From Callorhinchus milii (Eukaryota): DNA of 64,000 nucleotides. Shown here in pieces: positions 1 through 12,680 of this stretch. The notes below the pieces were generated by a model. The model worked only from the letters and a program-made list of their open reading frames with translations, was not told where the DNA came from and did no database searches. Each line of letters begins with the position of its first letter. Position 1 is the first letter of the stretch. The stretch lies in assembly GCF_018977255.1 (NCBI RefSeq), contig NW_024704743.1, forward strand, positions 14,944,001 to 15,008,000. Reading direction: 5' to 3'. The position numbers and the translations under genes are program-made.

Positions 1-479
1 GCTCCACTGACTGCCATCAATATACCAGTAAAGCTCTGACAGGACTGCTAGCTATTTACCAACTTTAATTCGCTCCAGCACACCACTTAGGAACTTTACA
101 AATACACATTTAAAAGGGGAAAAAGTTACCTTCACATCAGTTGTGATTCCACTATTGTGACAAATACTGTCACTTATACTCTATAACTCTTTTCGTGAAG
201 GACGAATAGAGACTCTCAGCACTTTCCATTGGTGATAAGAATAACTAAGGAGAGAGGAGGAGAGGGAATTTGAGGGCTTTGACCCAATGGTATAGCCAAA
301 AGAGACATTTTGGGGGGTTTTAAAACCAGCCAGAAAGGGAGCAAAGCCTAAGGGATTTGAGGAGATGTTTCTGGAGAGTAGAAGTAATAGTGTGAGACAA
401 TAAGAAGTCTTATGTTTTCATATAGTTACTTGTGTGCTTTGGTCTTCTTTCACCTAGCAATATTTATGTTCTTATGTTA

Positions 480-3113
480 AGATGCAAGCAATGAGGGCTG
501 GGACCAAAGATTAACGAGTGAGTAGTGACTGGCGTGAGGGTCGAAGGTTCGGTTCATAAAAGTGGGTGAGTTAGGCTGCTGGCTGGCACTGGCGGGGTGA
601 GGTAGGCTGCGGGTGGAGTAGGACCATTTGCGGATCCAGGCACGGAGACAGAATTTCAAAATTCCCGCCTGAACCACAGGAAATGAGCGACCGCTGAGAT
701 CAGATGGGAGTGAGCGACCGTCAAGGCCACGGTTAGTGACAGGCGCGGAGACCCCATTTCCAAATCTCTCGCCTGATTAATGGCCTAATCTCGCGCATGA
801 TGTCACTTACGGGCGCCATTTTCAAATCCTCCAGGGTAGTGTAGTGCAAATTTTTCTATCCTTTTACTACCTTGTCCTCCCTCCTTTCCCTTCCTGTCTC
901 TGGCACCTAAACCATGATCGCCATCCCCTCTCTCTCCCCCTATCTCCCGCGGCGCTGTTTCCTGTAGCCCATGGCCTGATGCTGCCCCGCTGATCACTCA
1001 CTCCTGGTGTCTGCATGTAAGTTTTGGCTAGCCCCCTGACCCGAGCCACGCCCTCTGAAAATGTTCCTGCTCCTACCTCCCACACTCTGCTACTCCCACT
1101 CTTTCCTTCTCTCCCACCGCTCTCCTCCGCTTCTCATCCCACCATTACCTCTCTCTGGGCATTCTCCACCAGGCCCATCGTGGCTCTCAGCATTAGTTGT
1201 CCCAGAGCAGCCACACCACTGCCCATCGCTTACTCTCTCTACATCAACCACCTCCAAAAGGCAAACATCCCTTCCCCCTCCCTCATCCATACCCTCTCCA
1301 ACTCTCCCACCTCCTCGAATTCCATGGTCATTTCTCCCTCAAGACCCCAAATCCTTTCTATACCACTCTCTCCTCCATTCCCCGCACTAGCAAATCTATC
1401 TGCATTTCCCTCCAAGATGTCCGCTTCCTCTCAAATAAAGCCCTTACTATCCATTACCTCATGCTGGATAAGCACATTGATATTCTTTGGCTTATGCAAA
1501 CCTGGCTCTCCCCCAGTGACCCTGTTCCCCTTGTTGAAACCTTCCCTTCTGGCTATACTTTTCATCACACCCCCCCCACCCAAACCAATGTGGTGGTGGG
1601 GTGGCCCTCATCACCCAAGCTTCCCTCGGTCCATTCCTCTGGCTGTTTCTCCTCCTTTGCACACCTCACCCTCTACCATCCCTCCACACTCTCCCTCAAA
1701 ATTTGCCTAATTTACTGTCTCCACAAACCTCCTGGCTCCTTCCTCAGTGATATTTCCTCTCTCCTCTCATCTCTGTCCCTCTGCACTGAACATCTGCTCA
1801 TAATGGCTGATTTCAACCTCTGCCTAAACTCTCCTTGCACCACCTCCTTGGATTTCACTGCCCTCCTCTCCTCCCTAAACCTCACCCTCCACATCAACTT
1901 GCCGACCCACAACTGAGACCATCCCCTCGATCTCGTCATCACACATGGCCTTGACATTTCCGACTTGTAAATCACTGACAAAGGCCATCTCGGACCACTT
2001 TCTCATCTTCCTCTCCTCCCACATCCCCCTCCCCCTTCCAAACCCTGCACCATTTTTTTTGCGCCCCTAGAAAAAGCTTCCCCCCGAGTCCCTCACCAGT
2101 GCCCTCTCTTCCTCAGACCTCTTCTCCCTCTGGCCCTCCACCCTGCTGAATAACCATTTCTCCTCATCCTTTAGTTCCCTGGCTCCCCTGAAATCCAGGG
2201 CTGTTTCCAAATCCATCCACTCCCCCGGTACAAGTGTCATCTCCACTCACGTAAAATCCAAACCCGGATGCTCGATCGAAGCTGGCAGAGATCTGGTCTC
2301 ATGATTCTGTGGTTCGAGTACCTCCGCACCTACCGTCTCTCCCTTTTATTCCACAGTCACCCTGATGGCCAAAAACAACCCAAAGAACGTACATCACTTC
2401 CTCCGTGCATCCCCTCAAGCTCCCTCTATCTTCACATCAAACACCAAGTGCGAAGTTGTCCTAGACTTCTTCGCCTCAAAGATTGAAATCATCCACTTGG
2501 CTGCATCATCCTCGCCCCCCCATCCCACCCAGATCTTCCACATCACCATCTCCCTCTGCCACGGCTCCTGCCATTCCCCCCTTCTTACACTGCTTTGTCC
2601 CCATTTCTCCCTCCTCCCACTCAACCACAATCAACCACATGAAGTTCATCATCTGCTGCCTTGACCCCCTCCCCACCCAGCTGCTGGTCACTCAACTCCC
2701 TCTCCTCTCCCCCCTGCTGGCCGACACGGTCAACGAGTCTCTCTCCTCAGGCTCTGTTCCACTCCCCCCGAAAACTGCTATCATCACACCCCTCCTCAAA
2801 AACCCACTCTCGATCCTGCTAATCTCTCACACTACCTTCCCATTTCCAACCTACCCTTCCTTGCTAAAGTCCTAGAATGCATTGTTGCAGGTCAACTTTG
2901 GTCACACCTCTCCCTCCATTCCCTCCTCGAGCCCCTGAAGTCTGGTTTTTGCCCCGCCCACAGCACAGAGACAGTGCTTGTCAAAGTCACAAATGACATC
3001 CTCTCTAACTGTGACCAGGCCTCCCTCTGCCTCCTCATCCTCCTGGATCTCTCTGCCGCATTCGACACAGTCGACCACGCATTTCTCCTCCACCGCCCAT
3101 CCTCCATTCACTC
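480..3113 (+). mobile_element. Near full-length degenerate L2 LINE (putative 5' UTR, APE endonuclease, N-terminal half of RT)
   Basis: ORF fragments give APE motifs (LQDVRFLSNK; DILWLMQTWL; LLIMADFNL; PTHN) and RT motifs ([42 protein letters not shown]). 897-1050 is homologous to the 5' part of the L2 ending near 37920. Including 480-890 as 5' UTR is inference. Confidence 0.85.
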
Positions 3114-3493
3114 ATACAGTCAATCTATTTCACAGTGTATTCTATGTAGCGCTTTGAGACGTCTCGATGATGTGATAAGGTGCTATATCAAATCCAAGGA
3201 TTATTATGCTATTTTAAGATAATTGGCACAAGAACCAAAGGGGAGATGAGGAGAATTTTTTTTCTTACACGGAGAGTATTTACGGTCTGGAATGCATTGC
3301 CTGAAAGGTTAGTGGAAACAGATTCAATAACAACTTTCAAAAGGGAATTGAATAGGTACTTGAAAAGGAAAAAATTGCATGGTTATGAGGAAAGAGAGTC
3401 GGAGTGGGATTGATTGGGTTCTACCAAAAAGCCACTTGCTATTCCAGTTTAGTACATTGCCTTCCATCCCATGTGCCTAAAGCCTATGCACTG
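3114..3493 (+). repeat. ~380 bp near-identical copy of 5103-5483 (SINE tail + CR1 3' fragment + unique flank)
   Basis: Direct comparison shows only about 3 differences; identical ORF translations at 3180-3413 and 5170-5403. Confidence 0.95.
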
Positions 3494-3745
3494 AACCTCT
3501 CCGACCTCCTCACTCCCCATTTCACGACCCAGCGCCTCTGCTCGACTGGTAACAGCCTCCTGCTTGTCTCTTGCACCCTCCGCTCCACCATTGGAGGTTG
3601 CGGTTTCAGCCACTACACCCCAACACTCTCCCTCAATCCTGCCACCTTGCCCCCTCTTTCCCCTTTTTCAAGTCCCGTCTGAAAACCTTCCCTTTCGACT
3701 GTGTTTACAGACACCTCACCCCACCCCCCCACCCCTTGGTTACTG
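3494..3745 (+). mobile_element. L2 3' fragment (probable continuation of the 480-3113 element)
   Basis: LSDLLTP...RSTIGGCGFSHY...FKSRLKTF-type L2 ORF2 C-terminus. Confidence 0.75.
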
Positions 3746-4059
3746 AACCACCTGGCAGTGGAAACAGAGGAATGTGATTCAATCTGTACCATAGTCAGTC
3801 ATCTTAAAGGTCAAACTGTGCAAACTTTGATTGGTTTTCAGACTGACATATCTCATTGAATACGGAGAAATCTGGTCTGAGGAAATCTAACGATCCCAGC
3901 TAATTGCATTCACTTGCAACGTAACTACCCTATCAAATGATGAACTATTGTATTAATAACAGTAATATATTATTATAAGGAATAATCACACTTCCCTCTG
4001 ATGAAGGGAGAGAGAACTTTATGTTGCCACTTTGTAGCTTCTATATAATATATAAATAT

Positions 4060-4690
4060 ATAAAGGGACTTTAATTATGTGGAGAGACTACAGAAGAAGG
4101 GATTGTTCTCCTTAGAGCAGAGAAGTTTAAGACAACAACAACAACAAGATTCCATTTATAGAGCGCCTTTCACGTCGGGAGGATGTCCAAAGGCGCTGGA
4201 CAGTTGGATCAGGACCCGAGCAGGGGGGAAATGGTCAGGGTGAGGGGAGGGAAGGGAGGGAGCGAGCGAGGAGGGGGTAGAGAGTCGAGAGGGGAGCTGA
4301 AGGCACGGTCAAAGAGAAAGGTCTTGAGACCAGCCTTGAAGGAGGAAAGGGAGGACGCGGCGAAGGCACTGGGGGATAGAGTTCCAGAGCCTGGGGGCTG
4401 AGAGGCTGAAAGCCCGGCCACCGATGGTAGGGCGGTTGGGACGGGGGATGTGGAGCAGACCGGAGCCAGAGGAACGGAGGGTACGGGCAGGTAAGTAGGG
4501 GGATAGTAGGTCAGAGAGGTAGGAGGGAGCAAAGCCGTGAATGGCCTTGTAGGAGGAGATTAATGGCCTTAAGAGGAGATTTAATAGAGGTATTCAAAAT
4601 TATGAGGGGTTTTGATAGAGTAGGTAGGGAGAAGTTGTTTGCACTGCCAGGCGGTTCAGTAACCAAGGGACCTGGATTCCAGATTTTATT
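4060..4690 (+). mobile_element. CR1 LINE 3' fragment, interrupted by L2
   Basis: GLFSLEQRSL|RGDLIEVFKIMRGFDRV CR1 ORF2 C-terminal motif, split at 4132/4569. Confidence 0.85.
4133..4553 (-). mobile_element. Young L2 (family A) 5'-truncated insertion, TSD TTAAGA
   Basis: (CAA)n tail, L2 hairpin and FKAGLKTFLFDRAF; TTAAGA at 4127-4132 and 4569-4574. Confidence 0.9.
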
Positions 4691-4830
4691 ATTATAACCA
4701 GAATAAACCCATTCCAGCTACGTCTGTGTTGTGTGATTAATGGAGGTCTGGTTTTGTCTAGCACTGGGTAACAGGGACGATGGTTCACACACACTATTGT
4801 TGCAATTCATTCCAAGGGTCTCTACGCTGT

Positions 4831-5197
4831 GTGGAGTCCACTAGCATGGTGGTTAGAGCACTCGCCTCGCAAGCGAGACGACCCAGATTCGATTCCCAGG
4901 CAGGGCAAAACCTTAGGCAAGTTTCCTTACTCCACACATCTCTGTATACCTAGCAGTAAATAGGAACCTGGTTGTTAACAATTGACAGATCGCCTTCCAG
5001 GAGTAATAATCCCTTAAAAAAAAAAAAATTTGGTTGCTCAATCCACGACTGTTTGTGGAACATTGCTGTGCGCAATTGGTTGCCATGTTTCGCCCACAAA
5101 ATATACAGTCAATCTATTTCACAGTTATATTCTATGTAGCGCTTTGAGACGTCTCGATGATGTGATAAGGTGCTATATCAAATCCAAGGATTATTAT
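4831..5197 (+). mobile_element. Full-length tRNA-derived SINE, long subfamily (tRNA head, CORE-like, Deu-like, L2 tail)
   Basis: A/B-box head, CCTTAGGCAAGTTTCCTTACTCCAC..., GCTGTGCGCAATTGG Deu-like block, (TTA)n end. Confidence 0.9.
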
Positions 5198-5204
5198 GCT
5201 ATTT

Positions 5205-5410
5205 TAAGATAATTGGCACAAGAACCAAAGGGGAGATGAGGAGAATTTTTTTTCTTACACGGAGAGTATTTACGGTCTGGAATGCATTGCCTGAAAGGTT
5301 AGTGGAAACAGATTCAATAACAACTTTCAAAAGGGAATTGAATAGGTACTTGAAAAGGAAAAAATTGCATGGTTATGAGGAAAGAGAGTCGGAGTGGGAT
5401 TGATTGGGTT
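5205..5410 (+). mobile_element. CR1 3' fragment
   Basis: FFLTRRVFTVWNALPERLVETDSITTFKRELNRYL motif. Confidence 0.85.
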
Positions 5411-8400
5411 CTACCAAAAATCCACTTGCTATTCCAGTTTAGTACATTGCCTTCCATCCCATGTGCCTAAAGCCTATGCACTGGTCTAATATGAGGAACA
5501 GGTTCAACATTTCTCTAAAATCCAGGTGAATAACATGTACCATCTCATCCCTATCCATTCAATCTACAATGTGCTCAGAAAAATCAACAAAATCTAACAT
5601 ATACACTTTGAAATGTCTGGTTTACTCAGCCATTCCTCCTTATCTTTTCCTCCCTACAATTGCCACTGCCACCCTCCATTACATCACTTCAACCATCAAT
5701 GAACGAATAACCAATCCTCACCATCCACAGAGAACCTGGAAATAGCAGTATCTCTGAATTCACCTCCACAGTTCATAAGAATAGCACTTGTAGTGAATAC
5801 AGAATACAGACAACAACTTGGATTTATATAGCGCCCTTCATGTGGGGTTGCATCCTGGAGCGCTTGGGACTGACGGCGGAATGAACTAAGAATAATATAT
5901 ATTATGTTGTTGTGTGTTACAGCATTTTCCTCAGCCACATCTTTCAGCTGATACCTTCTCCTAGCATCAGCTACATCTTTGATTTTGGTAATTCCCATCA
6001 AGAAAATCACTTTTTTTTACGTGACCCATATACTTTACATCTCAGTATCTCTAAGGCTGCTGCCGTCGTCAATCAGAGTGTCATGAGATTATTTCTAGCA
6101 TTATTGACACAATCCAATGCTGTATCTGCCATCCACTTTAACGTAAATTACTGCGTATGAGTTCCATGTTAGTTCCTCTGTAATGGTCAACTCCTCTCCA
6201 TGGACTCAGTGCTATCAAATACAATCTGCTATTGCCCATGAAGTCACTCCTATGGTATCTTTACAACACATTTTAATTATTACTATTATTGATGTGAAAC
6301 TAAACAAAGACTTTACATTTTTTTCCCAATATAATGACTCATTGCTTCACTATGAAGTATTGCCAAAGTATTACACTCTCAAACTGGCCCCCTAGATTTT
6401 ATAATTTTGAACTTTTGACCCATCTTGTTCTAGTCTAAAGCAATTTCTTTCCCTTTGTGTGCTATATAATCCCATTCTACAACTCTATATAATTGTGTCC
6501 ATTAGAACAGAGAGCAAGAACTAAAGCCTGAAAAGAGCCCAATGGTTAAAGGGCTGATTTGGAAGAAACGTCTTTACATTGGTTTGAACTCCACTATCAT
6601 TTCAAAAAGAACAGTTCTAATCTATTTTCTTTCATTTCAATTTGCTTAGTGGAATGCTGAGCACATTTAACTCCACAAAGCAAACACAAAATCAGATCCC
6701 AGTCAAACTAATGCATCAAATAATTCAATTAGAAATTGGCTTACTTTGTCTCAGTGCTGCAATATTAGAATGCCACATTTATGCCGTGATTCTTGGTAGA
6801 TGTGAAGCAGAGTCTATTAGAGACGGGATCAACGATGGTTATTTTCTGACTGATAGTTGTGATGTGTTTCAGGAAAAATCACCAATTGAAAGTCTCAGAC
6901 TAGTGTACAGTGGATGTCATTCCATTACAGTAACAGAAGTAATTCAGTTCAGCAAGGTGAAGACTTAATAGTCTTCAATCCAAGAGACCAAAATGATACG
7001 TGGTTTCAGAAGTGGAACTCAGAAATCTCATACTATTGCAGGAGGGGATATTTTTATGAGGTCAAAATCAAAAGTATATTATTGAGCAGAGTAAAGGTTT
7101 GTATCTGACCTTTGCTATATCTGATCGAAGAGCAATCATTGCAGATATTGGTTTCCGAAGTGGGGAAGTATTCCATTTCCACAACACTAATGTCTCTCAT
7201 CTTGGTGAGTACAAGTACCCCCGCACCCCACCCCCTTCCCATAAAAACTATTAAATAATAATTTGCAGCAAAGATATTTGGTGAGAAATTGCACATTGTG
7301 GTATTTATTCCAGCAATCTCCACAAATCCATTTTTAGAATTACCTGCAAATTCAATCCTGAGTTGGATAGGGGCAAAAACTAATAGAAATGAAAGAAAAA
7401 AAACTTGCATTTGGTACAGCATCTTTCACATCAGGTGGACTTCCCAAAGCATTTCACAGAAGTCCACTTTGTGGCCTGGGAGGATCTACGCGTAACTCGC
7501 TACTCCAGAGAACAAGTCACTGAGCCCTTTTCCCTTGTTGTGATGAGTTAGCCAGAGTTTGCTATATTACACCCAATGACATCAAAACACACACGTATGA
7601 AACGTGATTTACTACAGGGGGGTTCCAAAGGTCGTGTAAAAGTAGCAAAGGCTCAAAATGCACAATTGCTACAATTTAGAAGCACGGTTGGAGTTCAAAG
7701 GACCACAATATTAATGCAGTAACCGATATCATTGAGAGAATGAGAGAAATGAAACAAATCCTGTTATTCTCCATTCCTGTTTATTCATTCATTCCTCTAA
7801 TTCTGCTTCATTACCAGACTAGCTGCAAATCGTGCTTGCAGATGTTCACAGCCATTTCAAATGGTTAACGTAAGGCTGCTAGGTTTTTGTAGCTGAGAAA
7901 TCATTGATAGTTTGGAAATTTTAATTAAAAACAATTGAGGAGGTGGACAGAAACTCCAGAGAGCACATTTATTAAAAGACGTGGAATATTGCTTTAACAA
8001 ATCAGAAATATATTTTTTTTAATTTTTTATCTGGAATATCAGTAATTCTAGACTTCAGCAATATAGAAACACTATTTAATGCAGTGACACTATTTCAAGA
8101 ACAAAAGAAGCATAGTTTCCATAATTACAAATCTTGAATACAGTATTTTAATATTTATCCAATAATCGCTGTATAATGTTCTGTTTTATGCATTTTCAGA
8201 GACAATTCTTGTGATTGTTTTTCATTAGAGCCTTTCTTTTCTGAAAACATTGTAGCCTCAGACATCTTGTGATGTTCGAAGGTGCACATGAAGGTTTGCT
8301 TTGGTTTCGTGTGGTGAGCAATGCTAACTGTTATCGGTGCATCTGCCATAACGGAAGAGGTTTTAATGATGTTCATGTCATTCATTTAATGGGACTAAAG

Positions 8401-9059
8401 TAATACTTGTGTGTTAGTGCTATTTTTTGACTAACTGCTAATTGCCTTGTGGTGGGTGTTTGTGAAATGAGCTTTACATCAAACCTGTCACTTTCTCAAG
8501 AATTTCTTCTTTCATTAACAAGCTGTCAATATAGTGGCAGCAGCCACCCTTTGGTTCATAGCTTCTCGTTCAATACTGCCATAGAGTGCAGGAAATACGC
8601 AGACGTCTGTTGGGGATCTTTGAACAATCTAAAGATAGTTTGAGCTCCAATACAAACAGGAGGCTGCAAAATATGTGGTAATTTGAGATCCGCTTGGTAT
8701 AGAATGTTTTTTTTTCTCTGGCTCTATTAAGGCAGCCTTAGGTTTACTTTGTCCTATATCATCAAGTTTTGAAACAACGGTACAACTTTCACTTTGTCAC
8801 AACACTTTTCGTATAGCATGAATGTCTCGAAGCATTTCACAAAGACGATGGTGGTGAAGATGGCAAGAATGTTGTACAATTACCACCATGTCAATATCCT
8901 CCAGCACTTTAACAGTGTTTCTCGACAAAAGCCAGGAAGAACTAGAACATTTTTAAATATTGAATTGTGCTCAAACATTTAGACCAACTTATAACATTTG
9001 TTATCACCATGACTTTTCATTCCTCCACCCTTAGTTACTCATTAAAAGGTTTGATTCTA

Positions 9060-9490
9060 AAGGGTTTTAGAGGGTTATGGGTTCTAAGCCCCATGACTTG
9101 AGCTCCCAGTGCAGCACTGTTAGAGGTGCTGTCTTTTGTATGAAACAGTAACCCAGGCTACCTTCTGCCTGTTCAGGTATTTTTTGAAAAGGCTGCACGG
9201 CAATATCTGAAAAGAGAAGGGGGTCTCCAAAGTGAAATGATTAATGGGAAGACAAGCTTAGTGATTTTTTTTTAGGTCATATTGCTCAACACTGTTTTAA
9301 AAAAGAAAAATGAGTTGTCCTGGCCAACAATCCTCCAGATTAATTGGCGTTATGGCTGTTGGTGCGACTTTGCTGGCACAAATGAAGGCAGTGAGTTTAC
9401 CTACAAAAATTAGTCAACACATTTGGCAGTAATTACTTGTGAATTCCTTGGAGACTTCCTTGTGATCAGCCGTTATAAGTTGCAAGTTCT
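9060..9490 (+). mobile_element. Old Deu-domain SINE, highly diverged
   Basis: Similar to 50290-50715 (GGTGCTGTCTTT...GCCTGTTCAGGT...GTCCTGGCCAACA...TGCAAGTT). Confidence 0.55.
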
Positions 9491-9627
9491 TATTTCTTAC
9501 TTTTACATCGTGATAAAGAGATAAAGATATCTAGCACACGCGGATACCCCTCATCAGGAATATCAAACCAGACTGAAAGTTCCAATGAAAGATTAACAGG
9601 GTCACAATGTGGATGTATCTAGCTCGA

Positions 9628-9647
9628 CCCCCCCCCCCCCCCCCCCC
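9628..9647. repeat. Poly(C) homopolymer, about 20 nt
   Basis: Seen directly. Confidence 0.9.
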
Positions 9648-11354
9648 AGGCACTAACCTCAAATGAAAACACTGGTGTACCCTAAATCAAGTGAGAGCTG
9701 AGGTGGCAAACACTGGTGACAATATGACCAAGTGGAAGCTGACAAATGACCCCAGATGTGAATGAGAAGACCCAAGGGAAACATTTGAACACTGCCAGGT
9801 GAAGTGCCCCCTGTCAATATCCTGTATTCCCAAGGAATTATTCAAGATAAATGACAACATCATATCCTGGCTGTGATTTTGGAGTGACAAACTAGGATGT
9901 TGAACCTTTTTACTAATGATCTGGCTCTCATTTTTTCAACCTTGGCCTCGGAAAGGCAATGATTACAATCTGAATTGGAATCTCACATTGTCTCTGAGAT
10001 TCACAGTGTCACCTTTGCCATCACTTTATGAAGCAAATTTTACAATTTATCTCTTAGGCTACAAATGACAACACCCAATAGAGGTTACAGACCTTTCTTT
10101 AGCAGATTTTTATAGATTCCTGAACATTTTGAATATTGTTTCCTTAAGAAATCTTTGTGGTTTTGTGGGCATTACAAACGGCAAATGACAAGAAATAAAA
10201 ACACAGATGTTCTGTAACCTGGAATAAAATAGCAATACTTATAATATTATTAATGGAAACATCAACCTTATGGTAGCTTATCGTTATTTGCTTAATTGAC
10301 ACCAGAATTTTAAGAGGTGTCAAATGGTATGGTTTAACATTCAGAGACAATTGCCTGGTTACCAAATAATCCAAGTATCACAAAAGCAACCATTAAAAGA
10401 ATACAGTACAATTATAGCAATTAGCCAAAAATCCCAGAAAATTAAGTGACAGAATGGTTGCAAGTGATATTAGTTGGTGCCTGTTGTATTTGTATAAATA
10501 GCCCAATTGTGTATGAACATTATGCAAATTCACATAAAGCTGATGGCCCACTGTTTCAATATATTTCTTTGATTTTTTTTGCACAATGGTGTAACCAATT
10601 AAACATTATGGATCACCTCAACCCCTCACAATTATCTTTTTAGTCAAATGCTTGGAAACTGAACCATTTCAACAGACTTTTATGTGGATATGATTAACTC
10701 TGAATAATAATAATAATAATTCTTGCAATTGATTTAGTGCCTCTCACATCAGGAGGAATTATCAAAGCACTTCACAGGATATACTGTAAACTGTAATGAT
10801 TTGATAATAGTCAGGATTAGATAAGGTTTGATCTGATTTGAATCTTGTAAAGTTTTTACTCTGTTAAATTAGCAGAGGCTTTCACCTACACACTACACCG
10901 CTCCTGTCTCTTGCAGGATTGCTTTGCTGTTGCTGAGGGGAGTCTTAAGGCCAGAAGCTCTGAGTATCAGCAATTATTGGAGCAATGCTGCCATAGCTCA
11001 ATTGTCAGCAAGTTGTCTCTTTCTCTGCAGAAGGCAACAGCTGCTCCCTGTCAAGTCTGGTTGGTTTTCACAAAGTAACTTCATTCATACTCATGCATAA
11101 GCAATAAGCATTTATTAATTCTCTGGTTTGGTGCAGAGCTGATCCGTGGATACAGGCAGCAACCAATAACAATGCTAGAATTATCACACTGGGTCAGTTA
11201 AGAAATGCTGATGGAATTTCAGTTAATATTTAGGAATTGGTTTCAGAGTGAGCACTCCGCAGCTGGTTCAAGGATACGATACTCCTTGATTTTAAATGCA
11301 CAAAGCTATTTTCTGTAATTTCTCTGCAGAGAAATCTTCAGGTCCAGGCATTAG

Positions 11355-11668
11355 ATAATAATAATAATAATCTTTGCATTTGATATAGCACTTTTCACAT
11401 CGGGAGGACGTCCCAAAGCGCTTCACAGAATATACTGTAAAGTGAATTGACTGTATATTTGTGGGTGAACGCGGCAGCCAATTGCGCACAGCAATGTCCC
11501 ACAAACAGTCGTAGATTGAAAATGACCAATTTATTATTGTTTTTGAAGGGATTATTATTAGGCGTGTGGAGTAAGGAAACTTGCCCAAGGTTTCGCCCTG
11601 CCTGGAATTGAACTCAGGTCTCTCACTTGCAAAGCGAGTGCTCTAACCACTGAGCTACAGGACTCCAC
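11355..11668 (-). mobile_element. Full-length SINE, short subfamily
   Basis: Reverse-complement match to 58744-59068. Confidence 0.92.
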
Positions 11669-11879
11669 AAATCAGTGTTTACACCAAAACCAGTTGACAA
11701 TTAAAAACCAACCGAAATTCTTCTCAACTGATTTGATGTGTTAATGATCACCTTACTTCCTTTCCGTTGCCCAGGCCCTTCCCCGTCAGTCGGCAACCGA
11801 CCCCACAAGATCAGTTCTGGTGAAGAAGGTCCTTCCGCCTATTTGATGATATCCTTCCAGAATACCCGCCCTACTATCA

Positions 11880-12680
11880 CAGCATCTAACTGTATTTTTA
11901 AATGTCCAGTGTCCTGGCCTCAACTAACCATCCTTCCTCTTGTTCCAGGTTTGCCTTTTCAATCCCATTTCCTTTTCAATCACTCCATAAGGTGTCCGCA
12001 CCTGAGTTATCTCCTTTCAAGACTAGCCTGTCCAATTGTTGACTGATGCTCATAGCTCATTCCTCTTACGCTGGAGACAGTAGCATAACTACAATGGTGC
12101 AAGTGGTGCAGTCGCATCAGGGCCCATGAGGTTGTGGTGACCCTAACCCATTGGCAGTGGAACAACAATGGGTTCTCTCACTCCCCATCTCAATATAACC
12201 TGGTCACTCATGCACTTCCCTCGGAAGAGAGGGAACATAAGGAGATGGAGATGGTAAAGGTAAGCAACATTTTAAATGCTTGACCAGGAACACCTGAGGT
12301 CTTGTGACGCCACTGACTAGGGATCATCCTCGTTGCCTTCTTCTTTTAGTGCTTGGGCAGCCCCTTTATGTCACTGTAACCAGAGCTGTATTCAGTATTC
12401 TAGGTGTAGCATGACTAGAGCACTATATAATTTGAGTATAAAGTCTGGGGATCTAAAATCAACTGATTTAGTAATTTTGCCCAGCACCCTGCTTGCCTTG
12501 TTTATTGCTGCCTCACACTGTTTTGACATGGTGAACAATGATTCACAGAACACTCCGGAATCTCTTTCAACTTCCCGCTCAGCCAGTTCTATCCCATCCA
12601 TGTATTACATGCACTTCCAAATCTTTCTTCCTACATTTAGTACTTTACATTTATCTGTAGTCAACTTCACTTACCAGTCA
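11880..12680 (-). mobile_element. Old CR1 fragment interrupted by a MITE
   Basis: ORF 12392-12601: QCEAAINKASRVLGKI...LKLYSALVMLHLEY, a CR1 ORF2 motif. Confidence 0.8.
12078..12315. mobile_element. hAT-type MITE (238 bp) with decayed 8-bp TSD
   Basis: Ends CAGTAGCATAAC / GTGACGCCACTG (CAGTGGCGT-like TIR). Flanks GCTGGAGA and ACTAGGGA are both variants of ACTGGGGA, the single copy seen at the empty site in the related CR1 near 17505-17530. Confidence 0.75.

Noticed and set aside
1024..1916. Long Pro/Ser/Leu-rich ORFs (228 and 239 aa) as host genes
   Set aside because: They are frameshifted or alternative frames of the C-rich L2 endonuclease region.
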